NCBI GenBank assembly: GCA_002269645.1
Contig: NIVC01002897.1
Location: 67,273-131,272, forward strand
Source: Macrostomum lignano
Taxonomy: Eukaryota
Direction: 5' to 3'
Length of the DNA: 64,000 nucleotides
Below the pieces are notes generated by a model that saw nothing but the letters and a program-made list of their open reading frames with translations, was not told the origin of the DNA and searched no databases. The number at the start of each line of letters is the position of its first letter. Position 1 is the first letter of the stretch. Made by a program: the position numbers and the translations under genes. Of this stretch, positions 50,175 to 63,195 are shown piece by piece.

Positions 50175-50660
50175 TGTTGGCCCAGCAACTCAGGATCTGG
50201 GAGGCTGGCCCAGCAACTGAGGATCTGGGAGGCTGGTGGCCCAGCAACTGAGGATCTGGGAGGCTGGTGGCCCAGCAACTGAGGATCTGGGAGGCTGGTG
50301 GCCCAGCAACTGAGGATCTGGGAGGCTGGCCCAGCAACTGAGGATCTGGGAGGCTGGACCAGCAACTGATGATCTGGGAGGCTGGACCAGCAACTGAGGA
50401 TCTGGGAGGCTGGACCAGCAACTGATGATCTGGGAGGCTGGACCAGCAACTGAGGATCTGGGAGGCTGGTGGACTAGCAACTGATGATCTGGGAGGCTGG
50501 CCCATCAACTGGTGATCTGGGAGGCTGGCCCAGCAACTAAGAATCTGGGAGGATGGCCCAGCAACTAAGAATCTGGGAGGATGGCCCAGCAACTGAGTAA
50601 CTGGGAGGCTGGTGGCCCAGCAACTGAGTCACTGGGAGGCTGGTGGCCCAGCAACTGAAG
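50175..50660. repeat. 28/31-mer array CCCAGCAACTGAGGATCTGGGAGGCTGG(TGG) in the TOPORS intron
   Basis: Read directly. Confidence 0.94.
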
Positions 50661-50763
50661 ATATTATAGGTGGCGAGAATCTAAGATAAGTATAGCTTCC
50701 AAACCAATTGATTGGGAACACATGGGTTAAGAATCTGTGCAGAATCCCCTAGCAACAGCTCAC

Positions 50764-51550
50764 CTCCGATCTCACGTTCCTCTTCGTATGGCAGTGCAGC
50801 GTCCCTGCTGGCGGTGAGCTCATCTTGGCTTAGCCTGAACTGCCGTTGCTGAGGAGAAAATTCGAACATGTTCTGCTGCTGCTGCTGGATAGAGACGCTC
50901 TGCCACACAGGCAATTCAGCGGCTTGCAAACCGGGGAAACGATTTGGCCGGGAAATATCCGGTTGCTGCTGCTGCTGCTGCTGCGGTTGAGCTCGCCTAG
51001 GCGACTCAAGCTCGGCTAAATCCTCCCGATCTAAGAACGGTCTGTAGAGATGAAACGGTCCAGCCCGACTAGTGAACAGAGGAGCATTGTTAGGATTATT
51101 GCCCAGAGTCCACACCGGGGGCGGAGCCGGAGGCAGCGGCAGCGGCACCGGGTACTCATCGTAGTCGCTGTCGCTTCTAACATTATGAATAATAGTAGTA
51201 AAAGTACATTTGCACTGCGGGCACTCGGGTTTACGCTTGGCCCATTCTAACAGGCATCCGAAACAGTAACGATGCAGGCAGGACCAAGTATAGGACGGGT
51301 CCACCGGATCGCACAGGCAGATCGCGCACCGATCAGTCTGCACTGTCAACTGTTGCCGACTTCGCTTTGTACAGCTGGGAGTGCAGTCCTCTTTGTCAGC
51401 ACTGTCTGGCTCGCTAGGTTCGGCAGCGTCGCTTTGATGCAATGATCGGCGCAGTTTTCGTCGGACTTCGACGCTACCAGAAGTGGCGCAATCGGCTGTT
51501 GAACTCGACGAAGCCACCGTGGGTGCCGCTGAACTGTCGCTGGACGACAT
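50764..51550 (-). CDS. TOPORS: TOPORS-like E3 ligase, exon 1 (C3HC4 RING); total about 773 aa
   Basis: ATG 51550; CAIC..SYTWSCLHRYCFGCLLEWAKRKPECPQCK..FTTIIHNVRSDSDYDEY matches the TOPORS RING and its trailing motif. Donor G|GTGAGC at 50763. Confidence 0.88.
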
Positions 51551-51679
51551 TCGCGACTGGGGAGCATAAATATTGAGAATAAAAGGGCTGGGTTTTTTGA
51601 GGAAACAAATATCCCAACATCTGCACTCTACCACCTTAAATGTAAAACTCAAATCAAATGGTAACCTATAAGGTATCTT

Positions 51680-51935
51680 AGCTCGACCACAGCTATTGCA
51701 CAGCACATCTGAAGGCTACATATGGCTGTTCATTCCACGGACTGGGAAGGAAGGGTTGCCATACTCAACCTCAATTATCCTAGCTAATGCTGGTATACCT
51801 ATTTTATAGCTGGATGAGCTGAAAGAATGCAAAGTAAAATGTTTTGCTCGAGGACACAAATTGTAATAGAGGGACTGGAATTCAAACCCCAACTTTCAAG
51901 TTATAGGTGGGATGCTCTAACTACTAGACTATAAT
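51680..51935 (-). mobile_element. CORE-type SINE, diverged copy 4
   Basis: CAGCTATTGC..CATCTGAAGGCT..GGACTGGG..CCTCAATTA..AGCTAATGCTGG..TTTATAGCTGG..GGACACAAATTGT is collinear with copy 1; the boxes are decayed. Confidence 0.72.
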
Positions 51936-54265
51936 CAACTCCAATGCTTTCAAAATAAATGTATATTCTTGACTTTTATTGACACAGAAAATGGGCCCAT
52001 AATCCTGACTTTATAGGTCTATGCACATAGATCCAAATGGTTACCTAAATTATTTATATTAGAAAATTTTAACAAATAATAACTAGCACTTGAGGTTTTT
52101 TAAACAAATATTATATTGAATCTAAGTCGAAATTTGCATTGTCATACTTCTGCAACAGCCAGTCAATCTAGCCAATAGAAACCTTAGTTGGCCAAGGGTA
52201 AGTTACAAATTTAACAACTAAAACATAAAAGATAAAAATAAAAAAATACACAAGAAACTGAAAACTTAAAGGAAAAGAAAAAATCACTATAGAGAAAAAA
52301 AGACAAAAATGAATAAGCAAGATGCACAAAAGATGAGAGACAACAGCTATTTTTTATAGCCAAAGTTAAAAGCCATTGTACATTATGTGTTTAAATTAAC
52401 ATTATAGATATGGCTACTTTTTTATTAGGATTATAGTTGTTTTGATGACAAGCAAATTTCATTTTGGCATGGTGACAAGAAAAAGACCTTTTCTGATAAG
52501 AGCCTTTCTGTTTTCAAACAGAAAACTACCTTGCCAATCTTAAGGAATATTAAACCTAAAATTTTAATTTTCTGAAATGGTTTTAGTATTTAAGGTTTTA
52601 GCTTCAGTTTTAGCTTTAGCTCTAATGGTTTTAGCTTCATTTTAATTTTGTTCATTTATAATAACAGAGTTGCAATCTTTTGAATTCATGTTTTCTAAAA
52701 CCAATGAATATTTATTTTTTTGTAGTTGATATGCATGAAGATTTGGTTTAGTTTGGTTTATTTAGGGTTTATGTGTCTGAATATTCTGAAACAATTTAAA
52801 ACAATCTGCATAAAAAACAATATAGCTTGTTTGATTTCTTTTCAAAATATACTATGCCTTAATAGAATTTTTGAATAAGTACAAAACATAAATCTTAACC
52901 AAATAACAACAAGCTGATACTATGAAGTACCTCTTTTCACTAAAATGACTATACTCATTAAATCATTAAATCTTCATATTTATCACAATAGCAACTTGTC
53001 ACTGAAATTACTATTTATTACCAAAATGTTTATCACCAAAATGACCAGTACCTTGTTTATTAGAGATTAGACAAGATCTTAATCTTCAATTGATTTTTAA
53101 TATTATTAACATTTCAAAACTGATGATTTGAAGCTTTGTATAAGCCATAAGGTAATATGGCTTATACAAATTTAGTACCCAAATTTAGTATACAATACAT
53201 TGGCATGGTATCCATGCTTTTTGGTCCTGCGCTTTTCAGTGCCTAGGATTTCAGTGCCCTAGCTTGCTTTTTGGTGCCCAAATTATACATTAGAATTAGA
53301 CACAAAATATAGAAATTGAGCTCTAACTTAGCAGTAAGTGCTTTGTCTTTACAGTACTTATTTACTTGTAAAAACTGAGGTATTATTTATTTTGTTAAGC
53401 TGACCTGGCATTTTAATTCAAAAATGGTTTTTGACTAGGCCTAGTCGATTTGATTTACTTCTATGTCGCTATAGCTGCGCATCTCAGCCATGTAAAAAAT
53501 TTAAACTAATGCCCCAAATGCGCTTCTAATAAAATCTTATAGATTATGGTCCAATAGTTATGCCCCAAAAGATTTCAGTTCATTTAATAATACTCACTTC
53601 ATTTCCTAGGCAGTTTTATCAGATAAAACATGATTGTATAATTCAAAAAATCAATACTAACTAAAATACATGTAGACTTGTCACATTTCATAATTTTGAT
53701 CAAAAGTACATATAGCATCACTGATGGATTTTAACTTTACCTAACTAAGTCTTCATGGCCAGGGTCAGGATTGTGTACTGCTGTACACTGGAACAAAAAT
53801 TGCTTCTATAGCTCATGCATGCCAATTGTATGCCAACAAACTTTTTATCACATACAAAAATATACCAAAATAAAAATTATGAATTACAAACAATATCTAA
53901 AGCTTGCAAAATTTTAATATTCAAAAAACTTGTGTTAAAACTGTATTTTTTTATTTAACTGTAAAGAACTAGTTAATTTTAACTATTTTTGTTTGACTTT
54001 GAATTTCTTGGAAAAGTTAAACCCAGTTTTTTTAATTTAGTTTTCCATTTATTTTTGTAAAGGGCTAGCTATTCTTTTTGATCAAAATTTAGCTTCTGTA
54101 ACTATGTACATGGAGACTATGACAAATGCAAACTTAATCATTTTTGCATGCTAATTGTGTAGATTGATTGTTGGGACTCGGAACTTTTGGTCCCACCTGC
54201 TGGTCTTGGCAATCTCTATAGGTCTACGCTAAGCTGTACACCAAGAGGGCAAGCCAGGCCCCTTT

Positions 54266-54805
54266 GGGATGCTTTCACAAGGTTGAAATTTCATAATGTC
54301 AAAAAGTAAACTATTTTACAAGGTCAAACTTTCACAAGGTTGAAATTTCACAACATTGAAAACTCTAGCAGAAGACTTCATAAGGTTGAAATTTCACAAG
54401 GTCAAAATTTCATAAAATCGAAACTCAAATAGCAACCATTTTCACAAGGTTGAAATTTCACAAGGTCAAAATTTCACATCGAAAACTCTAGCAGAAGACT
54501 TCATAAGGTCAAAATTTCATAACATTGAAAATTTAATAAAACAAGAACTATACATTAGTTTTCTACATTATGAAATTTCGATGTCATTATGACCTTATGA
54601 CCTTATGAAATGAAATTATGACCTTATGAAATCCTTTGCTAAAGTTTTTGATGTTGTGAAATTTTGACCTTTGTGAAGTTTTAACCTTATGAAAATGTTG
54701 CTATTTGAGTTTTTGATGTTATGAAATTTTGACCTTGTAAAATTTCGATCTTGTGAAAGAAGGTGCTTTCAACGTTATGAAATTTTGAGTTTGTGAAATC
54801 CCCCT
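54266..54805. mobile_element. Foldback/MITE-like element with internally repetitive inverted arms
   Basis: Left arm repeats TTCACAAGGTCAAAATTTCA, right arm repeats TGAAATTTTGACCTTGTGAA; flanked by GCCCCTTT at 54258-65 and 54806-13. Confidence 0.55.
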
Positions 54806-55587
54806 GCCCCTTTGTATGCCAAGTTGTATGCCAATGGTATAAATTCTAGCATACATATATACCATCTGGAGTCTGGTTTCATGGTACTAGCACACTTGCT
54901 GAGTGCAACTAGCTTGTATTGTATATATAGGATACAGCAAATGCATGCAATTAGGCCTAAATTGACTAGATTTTTCCAAATTTTAGAAACATGCCAATTG
55001 CCAGTTTAATAAAATGAATACTGCTTTTATTTGGAATATTGAATGTTTTGCAAAGTAGTTATTATATTTGTTATAGGATTTCTTTTTTATTATCATTGGC
55101 CTAATTTTGGCATAATAAACTGGGGCACCAAAAGGCAACCTTGGCCTTGGGTACCAAAATGCTGGGCATCAAAAAGCCTAGGCACCAAAATACATGGAAA
55201 CCACTAGCATAAACCAAAAAAATTGGTCATTTTTTCTAGGAAAGGCCTAGGGCCTACATATTGTTCTAAACTAGGCCTAGGCCTATATTGATAAGATAAA
55301 GGCCAAGGTCTTAATAAAGTAAAAAAATTAAGTTTGTGACAAAAAAATTATGTCTATAAACTTCTATATGCCTTAAATCTATACTATCACTGACTTTGAC
55401 TTGACACAAACTTTGAAAGTAAGCAAAAATGTTAAAAAAATATGAAATTACAAAAACTTAAACTAAGTAAGAAGGATACATAGACTTTACACTACAGACA
55501 GTTTATTTTTTATCTAGACTGTAAATTTTTGTTCAACTATTGTCATTGAGTATTGATGTTTGGTTTATTTAGGTTTGCAATTTTAGG

Positions 55588-55699
55588 GGCGATCCTGAAG
55601 ATTCCTGCATTTAATTATTTTACAGAATTATTTCGCCCTCTATTCAAGGGTGGTAGGGGGTGGGGGTTATAATTAAATGCGGGAATCTTCAGGATTGCC
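55588..55699. mobile_element. 112-bp MITE with 31-bp TIRs
   Basis: GGCGATCCTGAAGATTCCTGCATTTAATTAT versus the reverse complement of the right end GGCAATCCTGAAGATTCCCGCATTTAATTAT (2 mismatches); flanks ATTTTAGG/ATTTTAGC. Confidence 0.62.
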
Positions 55700-58600
55700 A
55701 TTTTAGCCATTTAGGTATGCAATTTTAGGTATGCAATTTAGGTATGCAATTTTTTAAATAGCTAGGCCTGCCTAGTTTACTGTTTAGGGCCTATTTTATT
55801 TGATTCATTATTGTTAATGAATATAATTTTTACAATACTTAAGGCTTAAGCCAAGGATGAGGTTGTTTAAAAATTATTTAATTAGGCCTATTCTAATGGT
55901 TTCATTACTGTATGTTTTTTATATTGCAGTAGGCCTATGTAATTAAGGGGAGCAAGATAATTTCCTTGGCTTGGGTTTCCGATTCTGCCTAATAGCCCAC
56001 AACCCAACCCATCGGCCAACCCATGCAAAGCCTGCAAGTAAGATGTGAGTTATGTGACACAAAGACTAAAAGTTTTCTAGAAAACAATATTGCTAAGGGA
56101 ACACTTTGCTGAAGGAAACTCCAGCGGGAAGCCCATTAGCGGGAAAACTCATAGATAGGTAATAGATTCGGCTAGTATTTATTTAAAACATTACAGATAA
56201 TAATAAAAATAAATGTTGAAGTAGTTCCAAGATAGTAGTAGTAGTAAATTTGGCTCAGGCTTAAGGAGCCTGTTTTGGCAGTATAATCCGATGTATTTAG
56301 TATTTGTTCAAAAGGTTAAATTTTTACACGAGTTACGATGCGAGTTACGATATTTGTAAAAGTAAGGTATTTGAAAGAGCGTCTAGAGTTTTATTTGTAA
56401 AAAGATGTAGTATTTTACGATTAACGATTATAAAGTCAGTTGAAAAAAGTTTTTTCTTTCTGAGAAATCTGCACTTACTTTAAACAACAAGGTTGTATGT
56501 ACAAGAAAAAAACGGTTTTTTATTAGATATGAGGTAGTTACCGATTGTTATATTTCTATTAAAGTAATATATGATACATGCTAGAAACTAAGATAGTAGA
56601 CAACTGTAACGCCATTCCTTTAGCATTTATGCTTTTGTACTTCCATTTTCTGATAATAATCCTAAATTATAATATCAGGGTTAACCTAACAAAAGCAGTT
56701 TTACTTTACATACTAAAGCAATTCAAGATGAAGCAAACATGGGCATATACCCAAGTTGTGCTAGGAGTGTTAGTGTTGAAAGAAACAAGACAGAAAACCT
56801 TGGTTAAAATTTAAAAACAAACAAAACGTGCGAAAAAACATTTGCTCTATGTAGAGCAAGAAACGCAAGTGTATTCTTTCGGTATTTTACTATTTTTCGT
56901 ATAAAAGTGTTTTATACAAGAATAGTATAGAATAAAGGAGTGGTTATTTAGTCAATAGCTGCAGTCATGGCAATTGGCAAAGTTGATATGAACTTGTTTA
57001 CGAAATTGGAATATGGAAAATCAGTCCTAAAGTTAAGTTGTTAAGTTAAGTTGTGCGCATCGTTAAAAAACTGGAAAAAGAGTTTGAATCCGTAGCACTT
57101 ATAAAAAATGGAATAAGAATTACTAAGACAAAATTATTACATGTATACCAATATAAAATCGGTGTACATTACAGATCGCAAATATATAACATACATGTAT
57201 ATTACATTTAACGTCCATATTCATGTACATGAGCGCTTAGATAAAACGGTAAAATTGAATATTAGTTAGGCACACTAAAAACTTTCAAATAGCATGACTG
57301 CTATATGTATTTGGACTTTGAACAAAAAAAATTAACAACTGCTTACAATAGACCATTACCATACCTTAACACTACTGTAAAGCCGAAAAAAGTTGTTATA
57401 AAAAAGAATAAACTAAAATAGACCTGATTCCGAAGCCAGACAACTGAATAGCTGTAAATACCTCTTATTCTTAACGTCCATTTCTGCACTGTACCTGGGG
57501 GGTACTAAAAAATTAAAGAAAATTATCTTTTTAACAGTACTTTTCTTTGAAAGTAAAACATATTAATCTGCACAGAGGTCTAGGGATGTACATATGTACA
57601 TGTACAACTGTACACTGTACTTTAGAAGTAAACACTGTACACTGTACTTTTTAGTAGCTATAAATAAATGCGAAATTCTACTGTTTGGGGCTTCACAGAG
57701 TCGCTGAAGGCGCACCTAAATAAGTTTTAAATTTAAAATCAAATAAGACGGTGGCGTTCTGAATAGATGTAATTGGTTTAATTGATTTGCGATAATAGTA
57801 CAGGAGCAAATTTAATTTGACAGCTAATAAAAAAGCGATTGCTCAATGGAAAGAAAAGTACAATGATTATATCGATAGAAAAAATAATCATGGAATTTTC
57901 ACGTGTATTAACGGCATATATCTAGCACTAGCCAAGACAGCAATTTTAGAAATCGCTTTGGTACTAAAATACTTCGTTAAAATTGATTTTGTCAAAATTG
58001 TACTTATATTTTAATATAGGCGACCTTAATTCATTGCACTACTCGTACATCGAAACTACAAAATCTTTGGCACTTTCTTCAACAATTAATCTGAGTGTGT
58101 ATATTATTTAGATTTCTGATCTATTGAATATTTCTGGCTCGACATAAATATGTTGATTTTAATTGCTACTTACAGTAGTTGGTAGTATAGTATCTAACAG
58201 AAGGTAAAATTATGTCAACAAATGGGTTGCGATTTTTTCCCATTCTGGAATAAAATGGGTTGCGAAAATTGACAATTTTCTCCAATTCTGGACTTCCGGT
58301 GAGCAAATCAACGTGCATGGCTTCACAACTTTTGGACTTTTAAAAATAAAAATACTACCGGAGACAAGCACAATTGCTTGAAACTAATTTTGATTTCATC
58401 TTTTTTACGTCTATCTCACCCATGTACTTTTCCTACACGCATCTGAATAATATATTAATATCATTTTTTTATATATTTAATAAACTCGTGTGATTGTGTG
58501 AACCAATTTTAAATCAATGTATACTCTAGTTAATAAACTCGTGTGAACCAATTTTAAATCAATGTATACTCTAGATACGCTTTAAAAAAACCCAGAAGTT

Positions 58601-60472
58601 GAGAAAATAATCTATTAATTAAAAATTTATCTCACAGAGGAATTCCAAAGCTAAATCTCAAACCTCTAATATTTTTGCTTGTATTTTTTGCGCGATGCTA
58701 TCCAGCCTATCCTTCGTTGTTAATCGAATTGTGCCAGAAATATTTGTTAAACTATTTTTGAGAACAGCACTATTAAGGTCACCTACAGAACATTTTTGTT
58801 AAAACTGTTAACTTGTTTAACTTCTAAACACTTCTTTAGAGTATCAAATATTAATATCAAGCAGCTAGTCTGCATACAAGCTTAAAATGTTACTACATTG
58901 TTTAATCCCTGCTTTTTATACTTTGTAAAATAAAAAGGCAAATAAAGAGGAACTCGCGAACAGCGGAATGTGTATTTACACAACACGAGAGAGCTACTGA
59001 CGATGCGAGACAGTAGACAGCCACAAAAATGAGAGAGAAGTCAAAAAGAAAGAAGATAGTATTCGACTGATACTATAGTAACAGTCGAATATAGATCAAT
59101 TATAGACATGGATGATGATAATTTTTTTTAGATCAAATTGGACTTCGACACTTCGTACAGCTCTTACAGTAGTTAAAATCACTGCAACATTCTATGCTGA
59201 GAAAGGGATGGAACAATTTCACAACTCTTTCAGTAAATATACGTACGCTCGTAATAACTAATTTGTTGAAGCACAAGCAAGCTCAGACGCGAAAAAAGCA
59301 AAACAAAAGCAACTTCAAGAAAACAACTGACTACTAAATGTTCATGCAGACACCGAATCGAAGGATGCAATGAATTATAGAGAGGTGAGACTGTGTTGTC
59401 CAATTAGACAAGACCCGCACTGTACTATACAACAACCACCTCACTCCGGGGCGCCGCTTTTTAAGATAAACTAGCCTCGTCCTGATATAAGCTGTTCTAA
59501 TTGGCTAAGCCGTTCAAGCCAGACTCTAGTCCAGAAACTAAAGTGAAAACTGAATCCTGCGCTGCGCAGCAGCGATTGGTCTTCACGCTTCCCCACAAAT
59601 TCTGGCGACCAATTACAAAATGAGACCGTAATAGACAGCCACCTCACTCCGCCGCTTTTCAGTAAATCCTACTAATTGACTGAACGGTTCAAGGTCATTC
59701 TCTCTGCCGCTTTCCCCTAGCCTAGGCTAGGGCTAGACCATAATAATATTATACGAGCTATCTATATTCTACGAGCATAATTTCTCCTTATCTCGACACG
59801 ACACGATATCATCGGTTTATTATATCATCAAGGCATGAAGTAGATACTCGTAAACGGAGTTTATAGCAATACCAACCAATTCTAGCTGCTTAATTAGCTC
59901 TAATTGATTATTTGACAAACGACACATGAACCCATCTGTGCAATCAACACGCATACAAACAAAACGAAACAAGTATCGTATAAAAAACGATAAATATCGA
60001 TTAAAACAAACACACCTTTGTTTTATATAGCGCATATTTCTATGCGGGAGATAGATAAGAAGCTTAATTTTAATACAAACGACATGCTTAAAAATATTGC
60101 AATCCAACTGACGTATAGACAATAAAAGAACTGCTAGCTTTTTGCATTAACATGCTCTGAGGCAAAAAATTGTCGACAGTATTAATAACAATAATTAGAT
60201 TGACAGCGCATGAAAGCATAACATTTATTAGTACTTGCTATTATTCGTGTGTACCACAGAAGTTTTCAAGTATATTAATCAGATAGAGAGATGACAGGCG
60301 CAAAAGATCTTTAAGAACAAAGTTTCACAAAAAGCAGATACAACGCGTATATCAGAGAAGAGATTAACTGTGCGCTATTAATTAGGTTATAAATTTCACA
60401 AATAATCACGCGTCACACTATAATAACTCTTAGGACAAAGCAGGTTTACAATAACGAAGAAATTCAATCTAT

Positions 60473-61437
60473 TTAGACAAAGGAACTACCAGCTAGTCTA
60501 GCTGGGCCGTAACTGTACTGCTGCTGCTGCTGCTGATGCTGATGCTGTTGCGGCTGCTGGTAAGGATAAGCTATGGGCTGTGGACGCTGTTGAAACAAAT
60601 GCGTCTGCTGAACCTGCTGCTGCTGCTGCTGCTGTGCGTGCTGCTGAGGGACTCCATAGGTCCGCTCGTTATCAAACGTAGTAGGCAGTTCTGGAGGTTT
60701 GGCTTTACGCAGACTGGCGTAAGTCACTTGCTGTTGTTGCTGATGACTCGGAGTGATTGCTCGGTGCTTTGCATTATTAACGCTACTCAAATCCGACGCC
60801 GTATCCGTAGCCGAATTGCCCTCCTCTTCGTCGAAGTCGCTCATCGGATGGCGCTTCTTAAAATCCGATTCGTTATCGTCCGAACAACAGCTGCAGTCGC
60901 TGCTGCTGCAGACCGACGACTGATGACGGTGCCGATGGTGCCTGCCGCTAGAAGAGCGGTGGCGGTGATGATGGTAGTGCCGACCGCTGCTACCACCGCT
61001 AGCACCGTAGGCGGAGGAACGGTAGGTCCCGTTCTGCCGATGGCTCGGCTTAGGCAACACGCTGGACGAAGAATAGGACACGTCAGACTGGCCGTCAGCT
61101 CCGGACATAACGCTAGCTGGACTTGGACGCGGAGTCTTCCGGTTGCCGTGTGACTGCTGGCGATGATGCAGCTGTCTTTGATGCCGTTCGTACGTGCCGT
61201 TAGCAACTGAAGACGACGAAGCTAAGCCGGAAGTAAGCGGGGGCGGCGGCGGCCCGGCGATTGAAGACGAAGCGCCAACGCCCGGATGATGGAACCTGTA
61301 GAGGCTGTTCTCGGCGTCCATGCCGATTCCGTTTGGTGGAATCGATGCTGGAACACCGGATGCGGTTGAGCCAAGAGTCATTGGATGCGCTAGGCGAGCG
61401 GCTGCCGAATCCAGATGACCATTGTGACTGTTTGTAT
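60473..61437 (-). CDS. sdk: Sidekick-like receptor, last exon (cytoplasmic tail)
   Basis: CCCTCAG acceptor phase 1; contains PMSDFDEE and ends ..AGSSFV*, matching the Sidekick SSFV PDZ-binding end. Confidence 0.85.
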
Positions 61438-62329
61438 CTGAGGGAGGTTGATATGAAGGTTAATAGTTTACAGAATTTGAAAGTACACAAGTCAAGTGTA
61501 ATATATACTTTACAAGCTCAGAAATTTACAAGCGTGATACGCGTCCGAGGAGCTGAGACAAGAATGAAGTATCGAATTTATGCAATTCAGAGCAACGTAA
61601 AATTCAATAACAAAATGACAACCAACACGACTGGTTTCATCGATTTGAAAGTCCAACCAATTGAAAGTAACATGGAGTACTGAAAACGTGAAAAAGAAAA
61701 ACTGGAGGTTTAATTGCTCCAAACAGGTGCAAAAAAACTATTTCGATCGGTGTAAATTTATATTAAACAAAAACTTTAGAGGATCACGAAGCTGCATAGG
61801 CAGTGCATAGGCAATTAGGCTACTATAAGTAACTTAATTTACCTTTAAATACATTCAACTACTAACAAGTAGCAACTGTGCAACAATTTTGACTAAAGCT
61901 ATGTGTTGTCATGCTTTCAAAAATGGTGTAAAACGTTGCAGATTGAAAGCATGCATTAATGGCTAGGCTTTTGTAATGAATACAGGTTAAACTATTTGCT
62001 CTAAACATGATTTTCGGTGAGTACGAATTGTATGCAATATGACATCATAGTCGTGCTGATGAAGTAAAGCGTGTTTTCAAGGGAATAATATATATATGCA
62101 ACGTAATAATTGGATATTGCAAAATCAACCGGGGCAAAACGCACACTCACAGCCCAGCATGGGGAGAGTTGCGTTGCTTTGTTGAGCTGGAATTGAATTA
62201 AGCGTATAGATGGGGTAAACAGAAACTAATGCTTTCTTCGTTTCTAACATATTTCATTTCCACTCCCCTGAAAACTTCCTGACAATACTTTGCGGCTACG
62301 CAAATACTTCGTATACCAAGTAAAAAAAC

Positions 62330-62790
62330 TTTGTTGCTATGCGTATCCAACGTCAAGAACCTTCGTTGCTATGCGTATCTAAGGAAAAAACATTTGTTGC
62401 TATGCGTATCCAACGTCAAGAACCTTCGTTGCTATGCGTATCTAAGGGAAAAACATTTGTTGCTATGCGTATCCAACGTCAAGAACCTTCGTTGCTATGC
62501 GTATCTAAGGAAAAAACATTTGTTGTTATGCGTATCCAACGTCAAGAACCTTCGTTGCTATGCGTATCTAAGGGAAAAACATTTGTTGCTATGCGTATCC
62601 AACGTCAAGAACCTTCGTTGCTATGCGTATCTAAGGAAAAAACATTTGTTGCTATGCGTATCCAACGTCAAGAACCTTCGTTGCTATGCGTATCTAAGGA
62701 AAAAACATTTGTTGCTATGCGTATCCAACGTCAAGAACCTTCGTTGCTATGCGTATCTAAGGCAAAAACATTTGTGCTATGCGTATTTAA
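62330..62790. repeat. 63-mer tandem repeat (two TTGCTATGCGTATC subunits) in an sdk intron
   Basis: GCGTATCC at 62341, 62404 and 62467. Confidence 0.95.
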
Positions 62791-62858
62791 AGAAAAAGCT
62801 ATTTGCTAAGCAACCGATAAAAATAGTCTATAAAACAGCAAAGCAACTTGGCACTCAC

Positions 62859-63195
62859 CTGCATTATACTGCCGTTTGCGCAGCTTGCTAGACCGCCTTC
62901 GTCCCGATATGTACAGCAGAGTGATGACCAGATTGATGATAATCAGGCCGGCCAGTCCGAGTATGACTAGGAACCACCACTGCTCGTAGAACGGTCCCAG
63001 TCCGGAGCCGGGCGTGTACACCCAACGGCTTGGCTCGCTGGGCTCCGAGATCCCGACGTTATTAACGCCGACAACGCGCAGCTGATAGGCACCGGGCGGC
63101 GTCAGGCGCGACCAAGCGATCTGGCAGGCTGTCAGGCCAGCAGAATCGAATCGTTGCAGAGTGCGCCAGGGCTGGCCAGAGTCGCGGAGAAAACC
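62859..63195 (-). CDS. sdk: Sidekick-like receptor, penultimate exon (end of last FN3 plus TM)
   Basis: YQLRVVGVNNVGISEPSEPS..PFYEQWWFLVILGLAGLIII matches Sidekick PFYEEWWF; donor G|GTGAGT at 62858. Confidence 0.88.
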
